The translations under genes and the position numbers were made by a program. From positions 1-38,116 of IMG/VR virus record IMGVR_UViG_2802429226_000004: DNA of 38,116 bases; one strand, 5' to 3'. Shown piece by piece: positions 1-8,292 of the stretch (the first letter of the stretch is position 1; each line of letters starts with the position of its first letter). The notes under the pieces were generated by a model. It was not told the DNA's origin and did not search any database. It worked only from the letters and a program-made list of their open reading frames with translations. Origin of the DNA: a virus (Duplodnaviria; Heunggongvirae; Uroviricota; Caudoviricetes).

Positions 1-1251
1 GTGCTTACCGATACAAAATTAAAAAACCTCAAGCCGCAGGACAAACTATACAAAGTCTCCGATCGTGACGGGCTGTATGTAGCTGTGCTTACGTCAGGTA
101 CGGTCTCGTTTCGCTATGACTACCGTATCAACGGTCGCCGCGAAACACTGGTAATCGGGCAGTATGGGCGTGACGGTATCAGCCTGGCAGAAGCGCGGGA
201 AGAACTGATTGCTGCAAAGAAGCTGCTTAAAGCAGGCCAGTCGCCGGCTGCGGCTAAACGTGACGGTATCAAAAAGATTCGTGGTGCCGAGACGTTTGCG
301 GTACATACCGACAGTTATATGAAACACGTCATCCTGGCTGACAGTACCCGCGCAATGAAGCAGGCGGTGATCGACCGTGACATACTTCCGGTTCTTGGCA
401 ACAAAATGATGGCTGAAATTACCACATCGATGGTTCGTGATTTGTGTGACCGGATTGTCGAACGCGGTGGTCGGGCAACAGCAGTACAGGCCAGGGAGAT
501 CATCAGCAGCGTATACCGTCACGCTAATGACCGTGGTCATGGTTTGTTTAATCCTGCGGCTGACATTAAACCTTCGTCTATCGCCATATTTAAACCAAGA
601 GAGCGAACACTGACACCAGAAGAAATTGGCCTGTTCTTCCGCACGCTGGATGCCATTGGTGCTATGGGCACTATGAAAATGGCTTTAAAGTTGGTGCTTA
701 TCACTATGGTTCGTAAAGGCGAATTCACCAATGCAACGTGGGATGAAATAGATTTTAAAAAATGGACATGGACAATTCCTTCAGACCGCATGAAAGGAAG
801 CCGGGCGCACGTTATTTACCTGCCTAAACAGGCACAGGATATATTGGTCGGGTTGCAGATGTGCGCTGGTGGAAGTGAATACCTGGTTCCTGGTCGTTAC
901 AATTTCCGGAAGCCATTATCTAATGCCGCACTGAACTCTCTGATCGACAGAACGGTGAAAATAATAAATGAAGATGGTGAGCATATTCAGGACTTCACCG
1001 TACACGATATGCGCCGTACAGCCAGTACGTTGTTGCATGAGGCTGGTTATCCTTCAGACTGGATTGAAAAGGCTCTGGCACATGAGCAGAAAGGTGTGCG
1101 CGCCGTATATAACAAAGCGGAATACGCCAGACAGCGCGCCTACATGTTGCAGCAGTGGGCCGATATGATTGATTCTTGGATTGACGGGGAGCATACGGAT
1201 CTGATTCCGTTCTCCCCGTCGAAGTTTGAGAAGTGGATGGCGGGGGAATAA
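1..1251 (+). CDS. int: tyrosine integrase (P4-type, N-terminal arm-binding domain); begins at the window edge with GTG, may be 5'-truncated by a codon or two
   Basis: 416-aa ORF; N-terminus LTDTKLKNLKPQDKLYKVSDRDGLYVAV...FRYDYRINGRRETLVIG matches the conserved N-domain of P4-family integrases; C-terminal HDMRRTASTLL...AHEQKGVRAVYNKAEY fits the R..H..R..Y catalytic region. Confidence 0.9.
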   Translation: MLTDTKLKNLKPQDKLYKVSDRDGLYVAVLTSGTVSFRYDYRINGRRETLVIGQYGRDGISLAEAREELIAAKKLLKAGQSPAAAKRDGIKKIRGAETFAVHTDSYMKHVILADSTRAMKQAVIDRDILPVLGNKMMAEITTSMVRDLCDRIVERGGRATAVQAREIISSVYRHANDRGHGLFNPAADIKPSSIAIFKPRERTLTPEEIGLFFRTLDAIGAMGTMKMALKLVLITMVRKGEFTNATWDEIDFKKWTWTIPSDRMKGSRAHVIYLPKQAQDILVGLQMCAGGSEYLVPGRYNFRKPLSNAALNSLIDRTVKIINEDGEHIQDFTVHDMRRTASTLLHEAGYPSDWIEKALAHEQKGVRAVYNKAEYARQRAYMLQQWADMIDSWIDGEHTDLIPFSPSKFEKWMAGE

Positions 1252-1254
1252 CGT

Positions 1255-1449
1255 TTAATTATTCTGCTGATTTTCTTCCATCTCTGCTTCTGCTGCCAGT
1301 GATTCAATTTTGTTTTCGAATATTGCTGACAGTGTTGCAAATTCAGCATCAGTGACAGCGGGAATTGGAACAAACCTGATCCCGCTGTGTGCAAGCATGT
1401 TTGCAGTTTCAAGGCATTTTCTTAAATCTGCTGGTGATGCCCTGTTCAT
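1255..1449 (-). CDS. hypothetical small acidic protein (64 aa from internal ATG)
   Basis: Minus-strand ORF; ATG at 1449 overlaps the stop of the upstream methyltransferase gene (ATGA overlap), suggesting translational coupling; no family recognised. Confidence 0.4.
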   Translation of the reverse strand: MNRASPADLRKCLETANMLAHSGIRFVPIPAVTDAEFATLSAIFENKIESLAAEAEMEENQQNN

Positions 1450-2096
1450 ACAGCACGCTCCCGCCCCTGGATGTCTGTTGGTGACAGCGGAGCATTGCTG
1501 AATGCATTTGTTAATCCGCCAATATCCAACGCGTATCCAGGGTGTAGTTGCACTGCCGGGTCTTCGCACTGATTACCCCAAACATCGAAGCCATGAGACG
1601 TCTGGCGGGCGAACAGTTCAATGCGAGAAACATCGCCTAATAATTGCACAAGTTTTTCACGAACGATATCTGGCTTTCTTGAATGCTCAAGCCGCGGTGC
1701 GGTAAATGACTGAACGATCCCTGCATTAATGCGCGTAGGTAGTTTTCCCTTTACCGCAAACAGGCAATCTTCACTATTGGCGCGAGTCATGTGTCCCATA
1801 CCCATAACCAGTTTATCTGGTTGTCGACTACCACATTTTATCCACGTGAAGCCCTTCATCGTCATCAGACGGAATCCCCAGGCTTCAACAACTTTTAGTG
1901 CTTCGAGTGGTTGTGTTGGCACCCACCACATGGCCAACAGACAGTTTTCATCGGCCAAATCCCACACAGGAAGGCGGCAGATATCCAGCACACTCATAAC
2001 CGGATATTTAAAACCGGCACCGCGATTACCATCTGCGGCTTTGTCCCGGTATACCCAGGGTGGATCTGCATAGATTAGTGTGTATTTCTTAGTCAT
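1446..2096 (-). CDS. MT-A70-like N6-adenine DNA methyltransferase (orphan, no cognate nuclease seen)
   Basis: 216-aa ORF with N-terminal YTLIYADPPWVY (DPPW catalytic motif of MT-A70/Dam-type adenine methyltransferases). Confidence 0.75.
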   Translation of the reverse strand: MTKKYTLIYADPPWVYRDKAADGNRGAGFKYPVMSVLDICRLPVWDLADENCLLAMWWVPTQPLEALKVVEAWGFRLMTMKGFTWIKCGSRQPDKLVMGMGHMTRANSEDCLFAVKGKLPTRINAGIVQSFTAPRLEHSRKPDIVREKLVQLLGDVSRIELFARQTSHGFDVWGNQCEDPAVQLHPGYALDIGGLTNAFSNAPLSPTDIQGRERAV

Positions 2097-2388
2097 AAAC
2101 CACCCCGCAACATCCTATACCGCTATAGTCTCCACGGCGAAGGCCGTTACCTTTTGTGATACATTGGTCCCTGCGAACCGCGATCCTTGCACGCTCAACA
2201 TCACCAGAAGCAACATCCATACACTGAAGCCAAAGGTGAGCGGCAATGCGGAACTGCCCTTTTTTCTCTCTTTCAATCGCGCGTTTTTCGATCTCTATCG
2301 CCGCAGGAGTAACGGCGACAATCTTTGACGGACTGCGCATTGAAACCTTGTTCATGTGATATTTTTCAAGTCGGCTTAACTTTCTCAC
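2089..2388 (-). CDS. hypothetical protein
   Basis: 99-aa minus-strand ORF; GTG start preceded by GAGGG; 3' end overlaps the methyltransferase start. Confidence 0.45.
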   Translation of the reverse strand: MRKLSRLEKYHMNKVSMRSPSKIVAVTPAAIEIEKRAIEREKKGQFRIAAHLWLQCMDVASGDVERARIAVRRDQCITKGNGLRRGDYSGIGCCGVVYD

Positions 2389-2497
2389 TTAATCCAACCC
2401 TCTCTGAAAATTAATGCCAGCAGATAAAGCCATGCTGAAACAGAGGCCAGGAATAAGTACCATCCTGACCATTTGCTCCAGTGACTTAGCAGCACAC

Positions 2498-2746
2498 TCA
2501 TGCAGCGTTGCTCACAGGACGATATACACGTTGCTGAACAGGAGGCTTTTTACCCTGGAACTCTGCCGGGCTTGCTGCCTGACGTTCATCAAGCCAACGC
2601 TCAACTTCGTCACGGTTCCATGCGCAGCGTTTGTCAGTGATATACCAGCGTTTAGGAAATTCCCCTGCGCGCTCCATACGGTCGATAGTGCTCCATGACA
2701 GTGGCACCACCGCCAGGAGTTCCTTCTTACCTAATGCACCTTTCAT
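2498..2746 (-). CDS. AlpA-family / excisionase-like HTH DNA-binding protein
   Basis: 82 aa; KKELLAVVPLSWSTIDRMERAGEFPKRWYI...WNRDEVERWL resembles the AlpA/Xis winged-helix signature; GAGG Shine-Dalgarno 6 nt upstream of ATG; sits between integrase and recombination genes. Confidence 0.7.
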   Translation of the reverse strand: MKGALGKKELLAVVPLSWSTIDRMERAGEFPKRWYITDKRCAWNRDEVERWLDERQAASPAEFQGKKPPVQQRVYRPVSNAA

Positions 2747-2795
2747 AAATACCTCTCTTGGTTGCAGTGCGGCGCGTGTGGCACCGCGGTGGTGG

Positions 2796-3818
2796 TTACT
2801 CGAATTCTGGACGCATATCGTTAAGCGTCATCATGAATTTTTGGTGATATTCATCACCGAGCTTTTCAGCCATGGTGTTAATCTCATTTTCAGCGCGCTT
2901 GAACATCGTTTTTGCATCTTCAGCAGATGGATCCAGGCTATTAAGTATCGCGATGATATATTCTCGAGCTTCTTCTCGTTCTGAATCTGAAATTGGCGAC
3001 AGGTGTTGACGCTCATCGTCAACTACGGAATATTCACCAGTGATAACAGCTGCGTTATCTTGGCTAAGTCCAGCTTCAGCGCGCTCATCCATAACAACAG
3101 CCTTCTGCATTTCAATAGAAACAGGAAGATATTTGAATAGTCGGCGAATTACTGTTTTTTTAGCCATCTCATCGAAGTGATCAACCCATGGGCCGCTGCT
3201 ACCGGCTTTGCTCAGTGCACGAACTTTCTCAATGTCTGCCCGGCTCATAACTTCAAATTGGACTCCGCCATCTTTCAGTCGTGCAACGGCGTAAACGTGC
3301 GTTAATTCTCCGCGGTCACCTGTTTCGCAAGGTAAATGCTCGAGCGTTTCTTCCAGGCCGTATGAGTAGCTGAATTTGTCGTTTGTATGTACGGTACGAG
3401 CCGAGATACTCAGGATCTGCCCAGAGCGGCGGGCAAGGTCAATCATTCCGCGATAGCCGATAATCAGCTGTGCTTCTGTAGATACGGTTTCCCATCTTCC
3501 ATTTACTTTCTGGCGTTTGTCGAACGGTATCAGGTAAGCGTGTCCAAGAGCTCCGCCTGGTTCAAGACCCAATTGGGCACATTGCATAATTGCCCCCAGG
3601 AAGCTGGCTTGGTCGCATGATGCAAGTTTTGGAACCTTTCGGATCTCTGTGGTTGCTATGCGCGCCAGACGGTCTGCTGTCATGTGCTTTGGAAGTGCCA
3701 AAGCCATCTGAGCTTTAATTTTTGGGTCTGCCAGAAGTCCGGCCAGAGTTGTTGGTTTCTCATTATGATGTGCAACTTGGTTACCGGTAGCCGCTGCCTT
3801 AAGTGCATTGATAGACAT
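2796..3818 (-). CDS. recT: RecT-family single-strand annealing protein
   Basis: 340 aa; central ...QCAQLGLEPGG..GHAYLIPF... region typical of RecT/Bet annealing proteins; immediately downstream of a YqaJ-type exonuclease gene. Confidence 0.8.
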   Translation of the reverse strand: MSINALKAAATGNQVAHHNEKPTTLAGLLADPKIKAQMALALPKHMTADRLARIATTEIRKVPKLASCDQASFLGAIMQCAQLGLEPGGALGHAYLIPFDKRQKVNGRWETVSTEAQLIIGYRGMIDLARRSGQILSISARTVHTNDKFSYSYGLEETLEHLPCETGDRGELTHVYAVARLKDGGVQFEVMSRADIEKVRALSKAGSSGPWVDHFDEMAKKTVIRRLFKYLPVSIEMQKAVVMDERAEAGLSQDNAAVITGEYSVVDDERQHLSPISDSEREEAREYIIAILNSLDPSAEDAKTMFKRAENEINTMAEKLGDEYHQKFMMTLNDMRPEFE

Positions 3819-3827
3819 TTTTTCTCC

Positions 3828-4727
3828 TTACTTCATTCTGAAGACGCGTTGTGTCGTTGTTGTTTTGAATTTTTCGAATAACTCAGGGTGTACTGACTGG
3901 AATAGCTTCTGGTCGAATCTGTTGCTGATCTGAGATTTCCATGTGCAGAGCGGCTTTCCGTCCAGGGTCAGGACTGAGTGCTCTTGCATGTACATCTTCA
4001 GCTTCTCTTCTGATATAGCTATTTCTTCTTCCAGTGATTTTCTGCGTGACTTCATGTCTCGTAGATCGTTGAATAGTGCGAGTGCCTTTCCGTCAGCCTC
4101 GATACTTGTCCCGGCATCTTTCTCAAACATCAGCGATACATCGCTTACGCTGGTAGCTTCCGGCGGGTTAAGATTTTTCACTCGGTCCCAGAAAGCGATT
4201 TCTTTTTCTAAGATCGCCTGGATAGTTTCTTCATCACGCTCAACCCGATAGATTCGGAAGTCGTCGCCACCGATAAGCACACCGAAAACGCATACCTGTT
4301 TGTTTGTAACCATCAACCCGTGCATGGCCTGGGCCGTGTAATGCACAGGAATTGCATCTGTCTGGATTTCTCCCCATTCTTTGGCTTTGAACGGACTAAC
4401 TGTTTTGATCTCAATGTTCTCGCCTGACGCTGCTTCTGCATCGATCTCAGCTGCAATAAAATCGTAATCACGGTGGATATAGCGGTTTCCGCGATGAACG
4501 ATTTCCATCCCTGTTTCCTCAGAAAGCAGGTCTATTACGTATGGCTCCATACGCTGGCCACGCGTGAAAACTTTCTGCTTGCTTGGGTCTACTGGTTTGA
4601 CACGTGGCTGGACCTTATCCAGATAAACCTCAAGCGGGGTGCGCCATGGGCTAATTCCAAGAATCCCTGCAACATCGCTTCCTCCGATGTATTTTGTTCT
4701 ATCCATGATTCCAGCGTTCTGCATCAT
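3828..4727 (-). CDS. YqaJ-like viral recombinase-domain exonuclease (lambda Exo functional analogue)
   Basis: 299 aa; N-terminus DRTKYIGGSDVAGILGISPWRTPLEVYLDK is the hallmark of YqaJ/lambda-exonuclease family proteins. Confidence 0.85.
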   Translation of the reverse strand: MMQNAGIMDRTKYIGGSDVAGILGISPWRTPLEVYLDKVQPRVKPVDPSKQKVFTRGQRMEPYVIDLLSEETGMEIVHRGNRYIHRDYDFIAAEIDAEAASGENIEIKTVSPFKAKEWGEIQTDAIPVHYTAQAMHGLMVTNKQVCVFGVLIGGDDFRIYRVERDEETIQAILEKEIAFWDRVKNLNPPEATSVSDVSLMFEKDAGTSIEADGKALALFNDLRDMKSRRKSLEEEIAISEEKLKMYMQEHSVLTLDGKPLCTWKSQISNRFDQKLFQSVHPELFEKFKTTTTQRVFRMK

Positions 4728-5038
4728 GCCGCTTCCCTCTGCCCATCAATCCGATCCGCCAGATCCCAGCGGGCGATAATTGCCATTGCCTCGCGCCGGT
4801 AGGAATCCATCAGTTCTTCGAACTCAGGGCTGTCTTTAGCAGCCTCCAGCACTTCCTGACGAACGCCTTTGCCTGTTACAACGTCGAAAGTTGAGGACAG
4901 TTGATGAAGTCGGATGCTCTCAATCAGTTCAACTTGTCGGTCATATAGCTGTTCTGACAGGCGGTAGTCCTTGTCGAATGCCAGCATGATTTTTTGAAGA
5001 TTTTTCTGCTGATTAACGTTCATTATCAGCCCTCCCAT
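4724..5038 (-). CDS. hypothetical protein
   Basis: 104-aa ORF, 4-nt overlap with the downstream exonuclease gene; RBS GGAGGG provided by the 3' end of the upstream small ORF. Confidence 0.55.
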   Translation of the reverse strand: MGGLIMNVNQQKNLQKIMLAFDKDYRLSEQLYDRQVELIESIRLHQLSSTFDVVTGKGVRQEVLEAAKDSPEFEELMDSYRREAMAIIARWDLADRIDGQREAA

Positions 5039-5178
5039 ATCTCGTTATCGTTGGCTACATCGCGAGCTTCTTTGCTGACGAAAGCCCACTTAATGCCTTC
5101 CTGTAAGGTGCGGAACTTCCAGCTCATGAATCCGCATGCAGTAACGCAGTACCAACCGTTGATGATTTTCCACTGCAT
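5026..5178 (-). CDS. small protein (50 aa), first gene of the leftward early operon; Kil-like position
   Basis: Hand-translated minus-strand ORF MQWKIINGWYCVTACGFMSWKFRTLQEGIKWAFVSKEARDVANDNEIWEG; GAGGT 7 nt upstream of ATG; not in the supplied ORF track (below length cutoff). Confidence 0.35.
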   Translation of the reverse strand: MQWKIINGWYCVTACGFMSWKFRTLQEGIKWAFVSKEARDVANDNEIWEG

Positions 5179-5196
5179 AACTTGTTACCTCGGTCT

Positions 5197-5275
5197 GTTA
5201 CCGTTGAGGTAATAATTATGCTTATTTGGTTTGGTGTCAATAGATATGAGTTAAAAAAATTACCCGTAAGGTAAT
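5197..5275 (-). promoter_or_regulatory. OL/PL-like region: two 17-bp inverted-repeat operators (5197-5213, 5259-5275) flanking a leftward promoter-like element
   Basis: GTTACCGTTGAGGTAAT and ATTACCCGTAAGGTAAT; the minus strand between them reads TTGACA-N17-AATTAT; directly upstream of the leftward operon. Confidence 0.5.
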
Positions 5276-5284
5276 CTATCTGGC

Positions 5285-5309
5285 AATAAAAAAGCCGCCA
5301 TGAGGCGGC
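5285..5309 (-). terminator. rho-independent terminator downstream of the repressor gene
   Basis: GCCGCC-ATGA-GGCGGC hairpin; on the minus strand it is followed by a T-run (plus strand AATAAAAAA precedes it). Confidence 0.6.
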
Positions 5310-5331
5310 TTACTTACTGAAAACTATAGTT

Positions 5332-5916
5332 TTATTGTTTGCTTTTTTCGTTCTGGTTGATGACAAATTCAATGTAACTTTCGATCTTTGCTTTCTCGGT
5401 TTCGGGTAACAATGCGTAGCGTGAGCGGTCATAGTTGATAGTCGCAGGGTCGTGCGGGTGAATCAGTAGTTCATATCCGTGACGCCCGAATGCGGATGCA
5501 ACATTCTCCAGGGTGGAAATGGAAACGCTGACCTCATTGTTTAACAGGCGGCTGATTGTCACCTGGGCGACGCCGGATGCGCGGTGAAGTTTTCCCTGTG
5601 TTGAAAGGTCGCGGCTTTCGCTCATCCAGCGTTCCAGGTTGTGAGCCGCCAGCTGACCTATATCGCTCGGGCCGACAGGCTGAAAACCCTCCTGAGAAAG
5701 CGAACGATCAATATCAAGCCAGTTACGGGGTTTATTGGCGGCAGCTTCAATTTTTCGTGCAACCTGGTCGCCGATAACCTTCTTGCCAAGAGCCCAGCGG
5801 TTTACCAGATTTGCCTGAGTTCCAAGTTTTTCTGCCATCCGCGTCTGAACACCATTGAATTCACGGTCGATCAAGTCGTTGAGATTTTGCCTGCGGACGT
5901 CCTGGATACTTTTCAT
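5332..5916 (-). CDS. phage repressor (CI functional analogue) with two XRE-type HTH regions and no S24 peptidase domain
   Basis: 194 aa; N-terminal ...QTRMAEKLGTQANLVNRWALGKK... and a second ...SGVAQVTISRLLNNEVSVSISTLENVASAFG... HTH-like segment; divergent from a Cro-like gene across an operator-rich intergenic region. Confidence 0.75.
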   Translation of the reverse strand: MKSIQDVRRQNLNDLIDREFNGVQTRMAEKLGTQANLVNRWALGKKVIGDQVARKIEAAANKPRNWLDIDRSLSQEGFQPVGPSDIGQLAAHNLERWMSESRDLSTQGKLHRASGVAQVTISRLLNNEVSVSISTLENVASAFGRHGYELLIHPHDPATINYDRSRYALLPETEKAKIESYIEFVINQNEKSKQ

Positions 5917-5970
5917 TTTCTGGAAAATCGCCTCATATATGAATCAGTAGATGATTCAATTTAAAGCAAT

Positions 5971-6035
5971 ATTACCCAACAGGTAAATGCACCTCATAGG
6001 TAACTATCCTTGATTTTTGTTACCTTATGGGTGAA
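5971..6035. promoter_or_regulatory. OR-like operator/promoter region between repressor and Cro-like gene (three 17-bp sites)
   Basis: ATTACCCAACAGGTAAA (5971-5987), TGCACCTCATAGGTAAC (5988-6004), GTTACCTTATGGGTGAA (6019-6035); TTGATT-N17-GAATAT promoter-like element overlaps the third site and faces the Cro-like gene. Confidence 0.5.
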
Positions 6036-6070
6036 TATTTATTATCTGAAATAAATATCAGGCAATAGCT

Positions 6071-6301
6071 ATGAGCGATAACGGACATTTCGATTTCAAA
6101 AAGCACTGGCTTGCACTTACTCCGGATGAGCGTGAAGCCTTCGCACAGGAAGCCGGAACGACGAGTCACTATATCCAGACTCACTTAACAGGTAAGCGCA
6201 AAATGCCAGGTAAAGTATTGATGAATGGGCTTTTTAAAGCCTGTAAAACAAGACAATGGCTGCGCTCAAAAGCAGAACTGGCATACTTCTTCTACTCATG
6301 A
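6071..6301 (+). CDS. Cro-like / YdaS-like small HTH regulator
   Basis: 76-aa ORF divergent from the repressor and followed by a terminator; LTPDEREAFAQEAGTTSHYIQTHLTGKR looks HTH-like. Confidence 0.55.
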   Translation: MSDNGHFDFKKHWLALTPDEREAFAQEAGTTSHYIQTHLTGKRKMPGKVLMNGLFKACKTRQWLRSKAELAYFFYS

Positions 6302-6322
6302 TATCCAGCCACAACCCTCTGT

Positions 6323-6348
6323 AGACCGCCATCCGGCGGTCTTTTCAT
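6323..6348 (+). terminator. rho-independent terminator after the Cro-like gene (tR1-like position)
   Basis: AGACCGCC-ATCC-GGCGGTCT hairpin followed by TTTTCAT. Confidence 0.6.
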
Positions 6349-6449
6349 ATCTATTCGCACCTTAAAGGTAATAAAAAACCAAATCTGGTTGATCAAATTT
6401 TCCAATTGTGCAAAATAGCCAATATCAATAACAAAAAGGGGCGGAAAAA

Positions 6450-6662
6450 TTGAAGATAGTAACCAGAATGGAGGCCGCAAAAGCCGGGTTAAATCGCTAT
6501 TTCACAGGAAAGCGGTGCCGTCACGGCCATCTCTCTGAAAGGTATGTTCTGAACGGAACATGTGTTGAATGTGCAATGAATAGCGCCAACCGCCATCGTA
6601 ATGAATTTGCTTGTGCACTAAAGAGTGCAAGAGGGGAAACCTATGGCAAGCAGCTGGATTAA
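6450..6662 (+). CDS. small zinc-ribbon protein (CII position); TTG start inferred
   Basis: 70 aa with C..H...C..C cluster (RCRHGH...CVECAM); AAGGGG 8 nt upstream of TTG at 6450. Confidence 0.4.
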   Translation: MKIVTRMEAAKAGLNRYFTGKRCRHGHLSERYVLNGTCVECAMNSANRHRNEFACALKSARGETYGKQLD

Positions 6663-7473
6663 GGTTGAAGTTATCACTCCTGATAAACCTGAAATTTTTC
6701 AGATAGCAGAAATTCTGGGTATTGATCCAGATGCTGTTCTTGGAAAGCTGGTTCGTATATGGGCATGGGCTGACCAGCAAACAATAGACGGTAACGCTGG
6801 CAGCGTTACAAAAGGAGTACTTGATAGACTCGCTTTTATTACAGGATTTGCTGACGCCCTCATTAGCGTCGGATGGCTTGCTTATCATGACGGCAAACTA
6901 ATTCTTCCAAACTTTGAGCGACACAATGGAGAATCATCGAAAAAACGTGCACTTACGAATAGAAGAGTGGCAGAGCATCGAAAACGAGTAACGCAAAAAG
7001 TAACGCCAACAGCGTTACAAAAGGAGTTACCAGAGGAAGAGGAAGAGGAAGATATATATAAAACCCCACACATAGCGCACGTGCGCGAGGGTGCTCCGAC
7101 CAGTGAAGCGAACAGTACGCCGTTGCAGGTGGCAGAACCTGAATTTCTGGATGGCCTGAGTGAACCCATCGGGAAATTTCCGATGACAGATGGCTGGCTA
7201 CCGTCGCCAGATTTTCGGCGGCGTGCTGCGCTGTGGGGAACGGCCCTGCCGGAACCGGAATTTACACCTGCTGAACTTGCTGCATTCCGGGATTACTGGA
7301 TGGCTGAGGGCAAAGTGTTCACGCAGGTTCAGTGGGAACAAAAATTCGCCAGGCACGTAAATCATATCAGGGGAAAATCAAAAAATGCCGGGAAAAGCGA
7401 TGAGCTTGACTGGAATAACACTGACTGGATAGAAGGGGTGTGGGATGAAATCAACTCCAGAACTTCTCAATGA
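6643..7473 (+). CDS. replication initiation protein (lambda O functional analogue), contains the putative origin
   Basis: ATG at 6643 with GAGGGGA RBS; position directly upstream of a P-like gene; internal iteron-like DNA repeats and a Glu-run linker. Confidence 0.6.
   Translation: MASSWIKVEVITPDKPEIFQIAEILGIDPDAVLGKLVRIWAWADQQTIDGNAGSVTKGVLDRLAFITGFADALISVGWLAYHDGKLILPNFERHNGESSKKRALTNRRVAEHRKRVTQKVTPTALQKELPEEEEEEDIYKTPHIAHVREGAPTSEANSTPLQVAEPEFLDGLSEPIGKFPMTDGWLPSPDFRRRAALWGTALPEPEFTPAELAAFRDYWMAEGKVFTQVQWEQKFARHVNHIRGKSKNAGKSDELDWNNTDWIEGVWDEINSRTSQ
6790..7063. repeat. putative replication origin: iteron-like repeats plus AT-rich tract inside the O-like gene
   Basis: 18-bp direct repeat CAGCGTTACAAAAGGAGT at 6802-6819 and 7010-7027, read in different codon frames; GTAACGC at 6792, 6988 and 7000; GAGGAA x3; then GATATATATAAAA at 7051-7063. 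Confidence 0.4.
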
Positions 7474-8221
7474 GTACGATCGCTTACGTGAGCATGGTGT
7501 TGCTGTGCATGAAGAGCGGCGTGACAGCAATGGCAAAAAGGAGCAGGTTGCTAGAATTTTCAATGAACTATTTGTCCAGTTACAGGCTGCATTTCCTGCA
7601 AGCGTTTCGACCATAAGGGAGCAGAACAAACTTAATGAATTCCGTAAGCAATGGATGCTTGCGTTTCTGGAGAATGGGATCACTACAATGGAACAGGTTA
7701 ACGCTGGTATGCGCCACGCCCGCGCCAGTGAATCTCCGTTCTGGCCGTCGCCAGGGCAATTCATCAAGTGGTGCAAAGACAGCAAGATGGTTCTTGGCGT
7801 CACCATTGACGATGTGATGGCGGAGTTTCACCGGTACAGCAAGGAAAAAAGTTTATATCCTGGTGGTCCAGAAAGATTCCCGTGGCGGCATCCGGTTATG
7901 TACTGGGTCGTATGTGATACCCGCCGTGCAATGTATCAGCGCCAGCTTAGCGAGATTGAAGTTGAGAAACACGCGCGCAGGCTGCTCGATGATTGGGCGA
8001 AAAAGGTGGCTTCCGGACAGCAGATACCCGATCCGGTGATCAGCATACAGGCAAAGCCAGAGCCCATGAGTACACCTCCGGACACAGGGAGAGACGTTTA
8101 CCACCCACCAGGGCGAAGTTTCGGGTGCATGCCTAACGCCGCCACCCTTGGGGGAATAACACCGGCTCAGTGGCTGATGGAGGAATACAGGCGGGGAAAG
8201 GCGGCAGGATTTATCAAGTAA
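7445..8221 (+). CDS. replication protein P-like helicase loader
   Basis: 258 aa; follows the O-like gene with overlap; contains ...SPFWPSPGQFIKWCK..., which I recall as a lambda-P-family signature. Confidence 0.7.
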   Translation: MKSTPELLNEYDRLREHGVAVHEERRDSNGKKEQVARIFNELFVQLQAAFPASVSTIREQNKLNEFRKQWMLAFLENGITTMEQVNAGMRHARASESPFWPSPGQFIKWCKDSKMVLGVTIDDVMAEFHRYSKEKSLYPGGPERFPWRHPVMYWVVCDTRRAMYQRQLSEIEVEKHARRLLDDWAKKVASGQQIPDPVISIQAKPEPMSTPPDTGRDVYHPPGRSFGCMPNAATLGGITPAQWLMEEYRRGKAAGFIK

Positions 8222-8225
8222 TACC

Positions 8226-8247
8226 AGCGCGATAGCGCATTTTTTTA
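8226..8247 (+). terminator. weak rho-independent terminator after the replication genes
   Basis: GCGC-GATA-GCGC short stem followed by ATTTTTTT. Confidence 0.35.
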
Positions 8248-8292
8248 CGTCTCAACAATTACCTATCAGGTAATAAAATATTCTAAACTCTA

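Noticed and set aside
4994-5212. 72-aa plus-strand ORF across the PL region
   Set aside because: It overlaps the better-supported minus-strand small gene and the operator/promoter region; no RBS; likely spurious.
7032-7050. Tandem GAGGAA repeats as a possible VNTR or CRISPR-like repeat
   Set aside because: They are in frame and encode a Glu run (EEEEEE) in the O-like protein; there are only three units and no spacers.
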